From: Chrysomallon squamiferum
Lineage: Eukaryota > Animalia > Mollusca
Length of the DNA: 64,000 nucleotides
Assembly: GCA_012295275.1 (NCBI GenBank)
Contig: CM022679.1
Span: forward strand, 23,250,001 to 23,314,000
Direction of reading: 5' to 3'
This document shows, piece after piece, positions 47,336-61,558 of this stretch; the stretch's first letter is position 1; each line of letters starts with the position of its first letter. Both the position numbers and the translations under genes were made by a program. The notes beneath the pieces are model-generated. The model saw only the letters and a list, made by a program, of their open reading frames with translations. It was not told where the DNA came from and searched no databases.

Positions 47336-49525
47336 CTATAGATAGATAGATAGATAGATAGACAGATAGATAGATAGATAGATAGATAGATATAGATAAT
47401 AAACAAATAATTTAAAAAATAATTTAAAAAAAAATAATAATAATTATAATAATAATGATTATAAAATCAAGAACAACAATTCTTCTGATTTTCTGTACGG
47501 TTATAATAATGTGGTTGTCTCCCTTTATGAAACCGTTTCTAATTATTTTGATGTGTTTAAAGGATACCAGTACGAGCCCAGAAAGCATAGAAACTGATAC
47601 ATCATTCTTTCTTTTTTCTTTCTTTCTTTTTTAATCTTATTACAATAAATACCTTTTCTGAAATAAATAAATATGGACAATTAGAATATTTTAATATCTG
47701 CTTATTTTATTAGATAACATAAAATAAGTAATTAAAAACGAAATGCCATTCATTTATCTACTTTATACACGTATGGAATTTAATGTATTTTATTCTATTT
47801 TTATATTTCTTCATAAAAATTGAAAACGACAGCATTTCTCAAATAATTATTACTACAGTATTTTTCTTTATTTATTTCTTTCTTTTAAATACGATATGGA
47901 AATTTATATAGGATGCTTTCTGATTATATATATAGTTTTTATTTTTACTGCTTCTTTTGTTATTTATTTATTTATTTGTTTATTTATTTTCGTGTTTGTT
48001 GTTTTATTCGAAATTGTTTTTTTCTTTTTTATCTTTTGGTATCACTAAGTAATTTAAATTTATTTTTGATCATTGTGACGAACTAATGTTAACCTAACAG
48101 CTGTTTGCAAATACGTGCATGTCTGACGTTTTGTACAGTAACACAACATCGAGTCACCTTTATTAATCTGCTAAGAGATATTAACCGAAACAGCATTGTG
48201 TTAAGATGTGCATATTTATAAATTACTGACACAACAACAACAACAACAACAATAACAATACTAATAATAATCGTAATAATAATAATAATAATAATAGATG
48301 CGTTCTGGTTGTTCTATTATATTTATTTGTTTGTTTGATTCTTTTCTTCTTCTTTCTTCTTCTTCTTTTTCTTATCATGTCTCTGCGGATCACATAGTAA
48401 TTTAAACTTATTTTATGATCATTAAGGAAGAGCTGGTGTTACCTAACAGCTATCTGCAAATACATGCATGTCTGACGTTTTGTATTAATCGAGACATTTT
48501 TATTAATTTTTTTTTTACCACAAGCCACAGCTGTCACTGAAACAATAACCATAGTGCACAAACTGCACGACTTCATCGCCTGCATGTGTCATTTCGAATA
48601 TTTAATCATCTCAGATAATAAGATTACAAACTGCAGCGGTTCAAGATCAGATGAGTTGTTATAAATAATAAAAATAATACCAAAAAGAATGTCAAAAACA
48701 CCAAAAAAATCAAGAAGGAAAAAAATTGAAATGTTACGTTACATTTGGTTGAAATGGAAGATTAATTTTTAGTGTTGTTAACATTACCTGACATTAAGTA
48801 GATTGTTGTAATATTTAATTTAATATTATCTGAAACATGTAAAATCTGTAAGTATAGTTGTTATACGATATCAGCTAACGAATTCAAGAAATTCAAATAC
48901 AATTATATTCATCACTGAAATGTCTAACGTACGCAGCTTTTCTTTATCAATAACGTTTATAGTTTTATCAGCAATATATTTTGGCTTATGTTCTTTTTCC
49001 GTACGTCCACTTTTTGTTTGGGGCTAATAGAAGGATGTACCTAAGAAAATCACTCAGGGCTTTTAAAGGTATTTTACATCATTAACATTAGTGCTCTACC
49101 CTTCACACATACACCATCAGCATCACTACGGTATATAATCTACAGACTTTTTCATTAAAAAAGAAAACTTTATTTTTTGTTTTTTTTTCTGCTGCACAAC
49201 AAACGCCTAAAAGTCAGATATGCATAACTGTAATATCCTCTTATCAAAGTGCAAATGCAATGTATGGATACAAATGAACTTGAAACGAGGAAGTGAATGA
49301 AAGGAAATAATGAGGACCATCATAATGGTCATCGTATTATCCACATCGCTGGCCACTGCTGTGCGTTGCATCATCATGATGCTGTTTCGTACTGTTCAAG
49401 CTTGTCAAATATCCTGTGGTTATCCCCACTAAATTCTGTATATAAACCAGGCAGTTACCCAAAGTTTTCAGTTACTTCCACACACCACTACCAACGAATC
49501 GAACACAGAAGTTTCAACTGACAAG

Positions 49526-50188
49526 ATGAAGTACATTAGCTGTTTTCTTTTAGGTATGATGCTAACTCTTTCAATTTCGATACATAATTATTTTTAAATA
49601 TCTGTTATGTTGTTGTTGTTGTTTTTTCATTTAATTTATTTGATTTGATTTTATAAATAAATAGTTTTATTAAATAATATTTTGTTATTACATGGCTAGT
49701 AACTAACTGAATGATAAATATTTTGTTTGTCATTTTTGTTTGTTTTTATTGTTTTTTTTTGGGGGGGGGACATTTCACTAAAGACAAAATTTATAATTTA
49801 AACATCTAAATTATTACAATGAATGATTTTATTGTTTTATGATAGTATAAAATCAGAAAAGAGCAAAGCACAAGACTATGTTTGAATATACATATATTGC
49901 ATAAACAATATTACGATAACAATCCAAAGAGTTAGCAAATACACTACATTTATTATTTAATTTTAATTGTTTTGTTTCTTTTGGATTTTTTTTTATTGTT
50001 ATTCATTTTATCTTTTGCAGTCCTTTTATTACTCTCATTCTTCCGATCAAATACTACGGACACGGTCACGGCGGTCATGGACATGGTCACGGTGGTCACG
50101 GACATGGTTGGACATGGATATGGTGGTCATGGACATGGTCATTGGTCACGGTGGTCTGTTACGGCGGTCACGTTACGATCACGGATAG
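49526..50188 (+). pseudogene. Gene A3: frameshifted His/Gly peptide copy (pseudogene or consensus error)
   Basis: Exon 1 (49526-49553) is intact. Exon 2 from 50021 has 3-bp and 1-bp deletions at the signal/mature boundary and further deletions in the repeat. Confidence 0.7.
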
Positions 50189-50974
50189 AATGTAAAAGTG
50201 CACAGAGTTTAATTTAGCGTTATATAATTTGTTCCTTTCATAAACTGACAGAACTTTAGTTTAAAACAGTCAAAAGTAAAATTAATTAAGTAGCAAAAAA
50301 AATATATAAGACATATCTCAATCAAATATCTCAAATGTGTTTACATTTACTGGAGGCTCAAGCAGGAAACACAAAGCTTAAAACAATGTTAAAGGATTAT
50401 AGGATTAATAAAGTAAGAGACGGCAAATTCAACATGTTTTACATGTATAAAAATACGATTAAATAAAAAATAGATGTTTCTGATTATTCTTTTTTTTTTT
50501 TTTTTTTCATCTTTTATTTCAGGATTACATCCATAAGTTACTTCTAAATCACCCAAACGATCAATGGTTGTGCTGGCTGCAACCTGTTTGAACAATTTTG
50601 CAAATAAAGTTCATAACTATACAAACTGTTGTTTTGAAATTTGTTATCAGATATTCATCATTTTCACATCATCACTATTTACTGGTTTGGTTGTTGTTAC
50701 TGTTGTTGTGTGATGTTGTTCTTTTTCTTTTTTTATTACTGTTATTGGTAGTAGCAGTAGTAGTAATAGTAGTAGTTGTAGCAGTAGTAGTTGTTGTTGT
50801 AGTAGTGGTGGTAGTAGTAGTAGTTGTTGCTGTTGTAATATTAATTACGCCTTACTAATTTTTGACATTCTTGCATGAAAACATGAACTATAGGAAACAG
50901 TTTCATTTCTTCTAAAGATTCTATATATTTAACTTAGTTGTTAATTTGTAATTAATTTAAATTTTAATTTATCT

Positions 50975-51035
<61 letters not shown>

Positions 51036-52055
51036 ACACATATATATTTGAAATTCCTTTGAAATTTCTCCCTAAAATGATGATAACGGATTTTATCTGC
51101 TGGAATACCATTATTAAAAATCATGTATGATTAACATTTTATAATATTACAGTCACAGGTATTTAAGATAAATATCTCGGCTGTTTTTTTTTTTTTTTTT
51201 TTTTTCCTTCTTCTCCACAGATTTATGCTGTCAAAATGAAATTGACAACGATATAAATCTACGTTAAAAACCTAAAACTAGTCAAGATGATAAATACCAA
51301 ACTTTTATATTTTAAGATGTAACCTTCTACTACGGTTAGCAAAAATGTCTCCCAAGATTGATAAACGATATGCTAAAAAGATATAAGAATTAAATTATAA
51401 CTGTTAATTTGCTCTATTTACACAGATTTTAAATTTTTTATGATTTAATTTCTTTCTCACTGACTGAACGATTCATTGATGATGATGAACTATGATTTAT
51501 TATTTTATTTACTTTTATTATTGTAATCATTATCATTATCCTTTTGTTATTATTATTATTATTATTATACTTTTGTGTAATTTTCTATTGATTTGTTTCG
51601 GAACTTTTATATATTAATTTATTTTCATTTACTATCATTTGGTGAATAATAGTAACAGTGCACTACAACAAGAAGAACAACTCAGTTACATAAGCATATT
51701 AAATATTACATAAAAAGAATATGAAATATTACATCAAAAGCATATTGAATATTACATAAAAAGGATATGAAATATTACATCAAAAGCATATTGAATATTA
51801 CATCAAAAGCATATTAAATATTACATCATAAGAATATGTAATATTACATCAAAAGAATATGTAATATTACATCAAAAGAATATGAAATACATCAAAAGCA
51901 TATGAAATATTAATATTAAATATTAAAACAAAAAAATAAAAATAAGTTCATAAAATTGAATATCACTTCTACAAAGACTGTATATAAACAAAACAATTCT
52001 AACTGAATTTCAGAGTACTGCAAGCCTTATACGACTAAACAGTAGACCTGTCAGA

Positions 52056-53022
52056 ATGAAATACTTCAGTCTTTACAGCATTGTGGCTATTGGTAAATAT
52101 TATCCTGTGTTTTGATTGTAATTCATTGTTAAGTTTCCCAAACAGTTTATAAACGTCTCTAGATAGAAAATATAGAATTACTCAACGTGCATATTATTTG
52201 TAACTTAACAGAAGTTAAATTAACACAGTGAAGTACATTTATTGTTTTATCTTAGGTAAAATGTTAATTTTATATTTATATATATATATATATATATATT
52301 TAGTATTTTATTTTATTTTATTTTGTTTTGTATTTAAAATAATGCTTATATGTGTGCGTGAACGTGTTATTTTATTTTATTATTTTATTTATTTATTTAT
52401 TATTATTAGTAGTAGTAGTAGTAGTAGTAGTAGTACTAGTAGTAGTACTAGTAGTAGTAGTAGTAATAGTAGTAGCAGTAGTGTAATAAATTAATAATCA
52501 GAAAGTAATAGTAAGTTACTATTTGAAAAATAAGAATATTGTTTGGTTTTATATAACAGCAAAATACGATATTTTACACTACATTAACAATATGATAAGA
52601 TACGATACATCATAGTAATAATTTGATACGAGACGATACATGTTACATTACAATACAATATGAATACGTTACAACTGCAATATAAGTAGTACAGTAGCGA
52701 ATAAAATATCATACATTACAATAAAACAGAGGAACAGTAAAATAACAGAAATACAATACGATAGAGCACAATACAATAAAAACAACACATTACAATACAA
52801 TACAATACAATACAATTAGTTTTATTTTATTTTATTTTTTATTCTACTTAATGTTTATTTATTTTTATTTCTAATACTTTTTTTTTCCAGTCCTAGCATT
52901 ATTTGCATTCTTCCATGAAGCAAATACTAGCGGACACCACTCTGCACACAAAAACGTCAAACACAGTTAAGACCGACCAGCATATAAAACACATTGAACA
53001 CATTCAAGACAACAGAAAGTAA
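52056..53022 (+). pseudogene. Gene B3: His-rich peptide copy with +1 frameshift (pseudogene or consensus error)
   Basis: Exons 52056-52092 and 52891-53022. One extra base at ~52965 gives TAA at 52968-52970. The corrected mature peptide is SGHHSAHKNVKHVKTDQHIKHIEHIQDNRK*. Confidence 0.72.
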
Positions 53023-53118
53023 AGGTGCTGTATTTATTATTCGATTAATTTCCCTTTATTTAATTTAGTTTCCTTATAAACCAGAGAACATTACTTTTGA
53101 ATACAGTTAAAATTGGAA

Positions 53119-53149
<31 letters not shown>

Positions 53150-54136
53150 CTACATAAGTAAATAAATAAATAAATAAAATAGAAAATATATAAGATACAC
53201 GTTAGTCATCTCCAATGTGTTTACATTCACTGATGATTTAAGCACGCATTTCCTGGACCACAAGTCTAAAGACAATGTTAGGGGATTAGTTAGAGAGAAA
53301 AGACATTTGAAATAACATTTTATACATAAATGCAGTTAAATACCCAATTCTGATTATTCTATTCCATTTTATTCTGTTTATTTGTTTGTTTGTTTGTTCA
53401 TTCGTTTATGTATTTGTATATCTATTTATCTGTCGATTTAAATATTTGTTTGTTTATTTATTTGTTTGTTTAATTTGTTTGTTTTTTTTTTTTTTTTTTT
53501 TCAGGATAGCAACCAAACGTTAGATCTGCATCACCTAAAAGATCAATAGTTGTGCTGGTTGCAAATGGAACTGAAACAATTTTCCCAATAAAATTCTTGA
53601 TTACAGAAACTATTGTTTTCAAATTTATTAGCCGATATTCATCATTTTCATTTATATCACTATTTATTATTAGTAGTAGTAGTTGTTGTAGTAGTAGTAG
53701 TAATAGTATTAGTAGTAGTAGTAGTAGTAGTAGTTGTAGTAGTAATAGTAGTAGTAGTAGTAGTATTAGTAGTAGTAGTAGTAGTAATAGTAGTAGTAGT
53801 AGTAGTAATTGTAGTAGTAGTAGGAGTAGGAGTAGTCGTAATATTATTTGTATTAATATTAAAATTATTGGTCATAATTATTATTATTATTGTTTCTAAA
53901 AAAAAAATAAGAAAACATTAAAAATAATATTATAAAAATAATAATAAAAAAAAAAAAAAATTGCCTAATAGAAATACAAACTGCGTGAAACACAGAAACT
54001 GTCAGTGAATACTTATTACAGGATAGCTCAAGATTAAAAAAAAAAACAGTTGCGGAACTATTACTGTAATAATGATATATAAAGCTGCAGAACAGCATAA
54101 TGAATAATTATATATATAATTCTTTTGAAACAAACA

Positions 54137-54233
<97 letters not shown>

Positions 54234-54481
54234 CTGACACGTCGGTTTCCATGCAAGTATCTCTATATCACATCAAACATGTATAAAATATTAAATATTA
54301 CATCTGCCTAAAAAACTAATAAGCAATTTATTTTCAAAATATTGCCAGATACTGTGTAATCCTATTAAAGTCTTGACTATCTACAAAGACTGTACATAAA
54401 TAAGACAACTTTAATTTAATTTCAGTCTATTTTGTTGCAAGACTTATTAAGTTTGTACATTTAAACAATAGATCTGTTAGA

Positions 54482-54870
54482 ATGAAATACTTCAATGTTT
54501 ACAGCATTGTTGCTGTTGATAAGAATTGTTCTTTGATTTAGTTCTATCCTACGTTGATTTTATTAAGTTTGGCAAATACATATAAACATTTCCCAGCAGA
54601 AAATATAGGATTAGTAATTTTCTTAACAATGTGCTTATTATTTGTAACTTAATAGAAGTTAAATTAACAGAATGAATTACATCTGTTGTTTTATTTTAGG
54701 TAAGATGTTAAAGTTTTAATTTCAGTGCATATCCATCTTTAAATATGTTTTAATTTTATTTTATATATTGTTTATTTTATTTTATTTTGTTTTACTTTAT
54801 TTTATTTTATTTTGTTTTATTTTGTTTATGAAATAATACATATGTGTGTATGTTATTTTATTTTATTTAC

Positions 54871-54913
<43 letters not shown>

Positions 54914-55023
54914 TTAATTTATTTATTTATTTATTATTAATCAGAAAGTAATTGTAAGTTACTAACTATTTGAAAATTAAGATTATTGTTTGGTTTTGTT
55001 GTTGTTGTTTTTTTGTTTGTCTG

Positions 55024-55070
<47 letters not shown>

Positions 55071-55100
55071 TATCATTATTATCACTATCGCTATTGAAAC

Positions 55101-55140
<40 letters not shown>

Positions 55141-56293
55141 GTTATTATTATTATACTTTTGTGTAATTTTCTATTGATATGTTACAGAATTTATATATTT
55201 TTATTTATTTTCATTACCTATCATTTGTTGAATAATAGTAATAGTGCATTACAACCAAAGAATAACTCAACTACTACAACTGCTACTTCAACTACTACTA
55301 CCACTGCGACTACTACTACTACTACTAATAATAATAATAGCGATAATGATAATGATTATAATAAAGATGATGTTGATGACAATAAAAATAAATAAATAAA
55401 TAATTCTGATAATAGGATCTTCTAAGATATTTAAATTATACACTGTCATAACAAACACAAAAGAAAGGGAAATATTAATTCGACAAATAGACTGTAGTTG
55501 GATTTTTTTTGTTTTTTTGTTTGTCTGTTTTTATTTATTTATTTATTTATACTGTCCAGTGCAATACAATAATAATACAACAGAAAACGATAAATTGCAA
55601 AACAATAACAATACAGTTGGATGCAATACTTTGCAATACAGTAGTAAAACAATAACAAGATACAATACATTGCAATACAGTAACAATATGATACGATACA
55701 ATACGATACATTACAATATAATAACAATATATGATAAGATAAATATACGATACGATACATTGCAAATGCAATAACAATACAATATGATAGGATAGATTGC
55801 AATATAATAACAATGCAATACGATGTTTTACAATACAGTGACAGTATTATACAATACGATATAGAGCAGAGTAATAATATGATACGATACATTACAATTA
55901 CTATAGCAACACGATACGAAACGATACATTACAATACAATAGCAATACGAATAGTACAACAGCAAATAGAATATCATGCTTTACAATCAAACACTTTAAC
56001 AATAACAGCAATACAATAAGATACACTACAGTGAAAGCAACACATTACAGTAGAACACAATACAATACATTTAATTTAATTTTATTGTTTATTATTAATA
56101 AGATTTTTTTTTGTTTGTTTTTTGTTTAACATTATTTGCATTCTTCCAAGTAGCAAATACTCACGAATATGATGAAGGTGATAACGGATGTGTTTTTGCT
56201 GGTTACGGACTCGGACAGGAAAATTACAAATCCGGACGTTACTGACACGGCGGACACGGACACGGACACAAAGGTTACGGATATTACGGATAG
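54482..56293 (+). pseudogene. Gene C: decayed paralog of the His/Gly peptide family
   Basis: Exon 1a (54482-54518, MKYFNVYSIVAV) has its donor mutated GT>AT. Exon 1b (54672-54699, MNYICCFIL) has an intact donor. Exon 2 (~56125-56293) lacks the canonical acceptor and reads LFAFFQVANT-HEYDEGDNGCVFAGYGLGQENYKSGRY*HGGHGHGHKGYGYYG*, with an internal TGA at 56243. Confidence 0.75.
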
Positions 56294-56417
56294 AATGTAA
56301 AGGTGTTGTGTTTATTATTCGATTAACTTCCTGTTATCTAATTTAGTTTTCGTTATAAACCAGAAAACATTAGTGTTAAATACAGTTAAAATTGGAATTT
56401 GTAAATAAACAAATAGA

Positions 56418-56452
<35 letters not shown>

Positions 56453-57279
56453 AATAGAAATATATGAGACATTTGTTAGTCATTTTAAGTGTGCTTGCAT
56501 TCACTGATGGTTTAAACACGCATCTCCTGGACTCACAAGGCTAAAAACATTGTTAGGGAACTAATTAGAGAAAAGAACTATCAGTTACTATTTAACTCCA
56601 AAAAGACCAGAGGATTTGGCTATTACATAAATGTTAAGCAACGGAATTATAACTACTAAAAATGATTTTTTGAAAATAAATTTGCCGAAAAGCGTAATCA
56701 ATGATTGTTCATTTACAACCATACTGTTCATATACAAGAAAACACATTTTGACATTTCTGCATGAAAACATGAACTATAGGAAACACAGGTTCATTTTTT
56801 CTTATGATTCTGTATGTTTAACTTAGTTCTTAATTTGTAATTAATATAATTTAAATTTATTTCTATTTTTCTCCATTACTTACTATTTCATTCCCAGACA
56901 CATGCACAGGCACACACACACACACACACAAATCACATTTTCATTAGCTAACGATTCAGCCAGATAATTTAAAAGACCTTGATACATCAAAATGTAATGT
57001 TATGTCTATTTGAAGTCAATACCATGCGGCTGGTTATATCAAAACAGATGTACGTGCATATATATAAATATGGATATAAACGAATCCTTTGGATTAAATT
57101 ACCTTTTGAAATGCTGATAACGGATTTCATGCGTCAGAGTATCGTTATAAAAGTGGCATCTGATTAACATTTAACAAATTCAAATGTATTCAGGGTTCAT
57201 CCATTCATTCATTACATTCACAGGTGTTTGAGATAAAGATCTCGGTAAAATCTTCTTCATATTTTTATTTTTTATTTTT

Positions 57280-57312
<33 letters not shown>

Positions 57313-57914
57313 TTTTTTTTTTTTTTTTTTTTCATTTTAAAATACCCCATATGTTTGTTCTGTAAAAATGGTAATTATTACGTTAAAAAAAAATCTACTT
57401 GAAAAACGAAACAGATGTCACTATAAAACATAAAACTAGTCCAGATGTTACCTACTAATCCTTATGCTGTTAGATCTAACCCTTGAACTATAGATGGCCA
57501 AAATAGCTCCCGGTTTTCTTAAATGATATCCTACAAAGATAATGGAATAAAATTACAAGTGTTAATTTTCTAATTACACTTGTTTTTATTTTCTTACGAT
57601 TTTATTATATTCGACTGACTGAGTGAACGATTCATTCGTCATGTTGATGATGATGATTACATTTTTGTGTAATTTTCTGCTGATTTGTTTCTTTCGAGAT
57701 TTTTATACATTTATTTATATTATTTTATTATTTTATTTCATTTTATTTCATTTCATTTTTAATTTTAATCTATTTGCGTTATAACTCATTCTCATTTATT
57801 CTCATTTGGTTACTAATACTAATACTAAGTATTCTCCTACCATTACTATTACTAATACAAATAATCATCATTAACATCATCGTAATTATAATAATAATAA
57901 TAATAATAATAATA

Positions 57915-57956
<42 letters not shown>

Positions 57957-58019
57957 GTTGTTGTTGTTGTTGTTGTTATTGTTATTGTTATACTATTGTT
58001 ATTATTATTATTATTATTC

Positions 58020-58051
<32 letters not shown>

Positions 58052-59199
58052 GTGATAGTTACGATGATGTTAATTATGATAAAAAATAATAATACTATTG
58101 TGATAATACTGTCTTTTAAGACAGTAAAATTACTCCAACACAAAAGAAAAGGAAACGTTATTTACAAAACTTCGGAGCACTAATGAGAACACTTCTCACA
58201 GGTGAAAACACAAAAAAAAATAATTTTTGGACATTTCTGCACGTTACCTACTAATCCTTATGCTGTTAGATCTGGCCCTGTACTGTTATTTGGCCAAATA
58301 TTCAAAATGCACAGAGTACATATACTATGTAAATGTCTTTCCATCCGCACTGTAAATGTTTGGGTGGCAGATGCATGAAGTGTCTGTTGACTTGAACAGT
58401 ACGCTCGCAAATCACGGACACTTTGCTCTTTGTTACAGGAAACACGCACTTGAGTATCACGTCAAAGACAATGGTGTCGTTTAGAGACAACGGAGTAACA
58501 GCATCTCCTACGTCATCCATTGTCTTTCTCATATGTCACCTTCTCACTGAATGATGTAACCATAGAAACGGGATTTTAGTAAAGAGTGGTAGCCATTACT
58601 GGAATAGATATAATTGTGCGGGTGTGTGTGCGAGTATGTGTATGTGTGTGTCTATATATCTATATTGATATATATATGCAGGTTTATAGGTATATATGTA
58701 TTATTGTATGTATGTATGTATCATTATTATCATTTTTGCGATCAAAAGATAGAACTGATAATGATAACAACAGCAAGAAAAAGAACAGCAACAACAGCAA
58801 CAAAAATGATAATGATAATAATAATGATGACGATGATTATGATGATGATTAAGATAATAACTAATATATATTATACATCTATATTATTATAGCCTCTATA
58901 ACAACATTTTAATGAATGCAATAAATATGTCAGAGAGAGAAAAATGTTATTCCATTCGGCACACAGGTATGTGATTAATAATCATATTAAACATTACATA
59001 TTACATCATTCTGTGACAGCATATTAAAAATTAATAAGAAAAAATGATATGAAATATAATACTTGACACGATGGAAGCCTATTAAAATCTTGAATATCAC
59101 GTTAACAGGCCTGTATATAAACAAGACAATTTTAATTTAATTTCAGAGTACCGCAAGACTTTTACTAAGTTGATACGACTAAACAGTAGACCTGCCGGA

Positions 59200-59355
59200 A
59201 TGAAATACTTCAGTTTTTACAGCATTGTGGCTGTTGGTAAGCAACACCCTGTGTTTTATTTGAAATTCTCAGTGTTAAGTTTGGCAAATAGCTGTATAAT
59301 TAGTAATTTTCTACGACAATATCGTGCATACTATTTGTAACCTAATGTTTCGTAA

Positions 59356-59450
<95 letters not shown>

Positions 59451-60194
59451 ATGTATTTATATGTAACTGTCTCTCTGTATTTGCTTATGTGTTTGTATTT
59501 GCTTGTGTGCATGTGTGTAAAAAATAAAAATTAAAACAGAAATAGCACAGTCGTAATTAATTTAAACGTGTCACTTGAGTCGCAGTTTTTAAAACATACC
59601 TTATGGCATCCATACGTACCTACATCCTTACATACATATATACATACATACATAATACATACAGAAAATGTGTGTGTATGTGTGTGTGTGTTTGCAAAAA
59701 CGTCTCTATTTACTTCTCCCTCTGATGTTATTGCTTCAACGTTTCTTAGTTGTATAACAAGCATTTATTTATTTATTTTTCATTTCATAAAACACGGAAG
59801 ATTCTTTTATTTCATAAGTCAGATGTATTTTTCAGTCCTCCTGCTTTTTGCCAGTCTTCATGAAATAAGTGCTCATGCACTTGGACACGTTCACGACCAC
59901 GGACAAGATCACGGTTACGGACACTTTCACGACCACGGACAAGGTCACGATCACGGACAAGGTCACGACCACGGACAAGGTCACGACCACGGACAAGGTC
60001 ACCATCACGGACACGTTCACGACCACGTTCACGACCACGGACACGGTCATGACCACGGACACGGTCACGACCACGGACACGGTCACGGTCACGGACACGT
60101 CCATCATCACGAACACGGACTATTCGGAAACGGCGTCGGTCGGGAAGAAGCAGATGTCGGACTCCTTATTATGGTAGAAGCTGATTTTCAGTAA
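59200..60194 (+). CDS. Gene D: secreted His/Gly/Asp/Gln-rich protein precursor, 131 aa
   Basis: TATA at 59114. Exons 59200-59236 (G|gtaagc) and 59836-60194 (ttcag|). Encodes MKYFSFYSIVAVVLLLFASLHEISA-HALGHVHDHGQDHG...(GHDHGQ)n(GHDHGH)n...GLFGNGVGREEADVGLLIMVEADFQ*. Confidence 0.88.
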
Positions 60195-60286
60195 CATAAT
60201 AGGCGTTTATTAAAATAAAAGTATTTAAAGTGAACGGTAAGACCATTAAATAACTTTAATAATAAAATATACTATTACTGCTACTG

Positions 60287-60329
<43 letters not shown>

Positions 60330-60459
60330 CAATAATAATAATAATAATAAATAAATAAATATTTTGCTTTTATAATTAAACATACACAATGGTTTATTTA
60401 TCTTTGTTTTATTTATTTTTTATTATTTTATTTTATTTTATTTTATTTTATTTTTTCAG

Positions 60460-60560
60460 ATTTTACGACGATCCTGAAAAGCTTCAGTTACTACAATAAA
60501 GTTTGTTAGTGCCGGTCGCATGATGTTGTAAAATTATTTCAATCAATAAACTGATACTGA
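60460..60560 (+). other. Putative non-coding terminal exon of gene D with poly(A) signals (counterparts start at 29708 for A1 and 32922 for B1)
   Basis: Donor G|gtaaga after 60236 and acceptor tttcag| at 60459. AATAAA at 60495 and 60545. A1 has AATAAA at 29790 and B1 at 33004. Confidence 0.6.
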
Positions 60561-61519
60561 TTACTTGTTTTTCTTATTCGTCTGTTTTTAAGCAGTTTTA
60601 CGTGCCTCGAAACACATTCTGCTGCAATTTCCGCTGATATCCAAGGTAGACTACTCTTTCATCATCTCTATAAAAGACAAACTGATCGCTCAAGTGAACA
60701 GAATCTGATTTGTCCGCAAACTGACACTGAAATTTTGAAATTTTCTGTTGTCTTCATGAAAGGTTAAAAGTGATTTAACGTCTTTATTTATTTGCTTGCT
60801 TACTTAGATACATTTTTATTTTATTTTATTTTAATTATTATTACTTCTTTTTTCTTCTTTTTTTTTTTTATTATTAAAAGGGAGATCAGAGCAGTTCTTT
60901 TTTTCAATAAAATAAAATGAATCAGCTGGTTTAATAATAACAAGAAGAAGAAGGACAACAACAACAAAAATAATAACAACGATAATAAATACAGTTATCT
61001 GGCTATTTATTACATAAATCACAATATCAACAACATTAGCAGCAAACACATCTACAAACGTCCGTGTTTGAATATTATTGAATATTCTTCAAATATTATT
61101 ATATAGGCACCTAAGATAGATGAACATTTATTATTTAGAACCCTAAGAAAAAAAGAAAAAAAAAACGTTTAAAATAATTTTTATTTTCTGTCTAAAAACA
61201 TAATAACGTGCATGCTCATACCCTCCAACCTCCCCCATCCCCGAATCGTCATGTGACACGAGGGATCAGCTTCCAGACAGCGTAATTGACAAAGTAATAA
61301 AACATGGGGGGGAGGAAATATCCATAAATGCCAATCAATATCATGGCATCGATTAATGAGAATAATTTCAAAACAGCACAGACAAATTTTATGTGCTGTT
61401 AGCCTAATATCTTTAATAATAAAATTAAAATTTATTCTACCAATTTATCTTTCCGGGTTTTTTTTCTTCCTTTGTGTGTGTTTGTGTGCATGTGTCCGTA
61501 TGTGTCTGTGTGTGTCTCT

Positions 61520-61558
<39 letters not shown>

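Larger units (their letters stand above)
44621..54230 (+). repeat. Tandem segmental duplication unit 3 (ends in a GA tract, runs into unique gene C region)
   Basis: Collinear with units 1 and 2. Lacks ~270 bp upstream of the B minisatellite and has many small deletions at 49.7-50.6 kb. Confidence 0.92.

Noticed and set aside
57447-58560. Exact ~31-bp duplication (gttacctactaatccttatgctgttagatct at ~57447 and ~58243) followed by short minus-strand ORFs
   Set aside because: Probably a local rearrangement or filler. The ORFs have no recognisable homology or splice structure.
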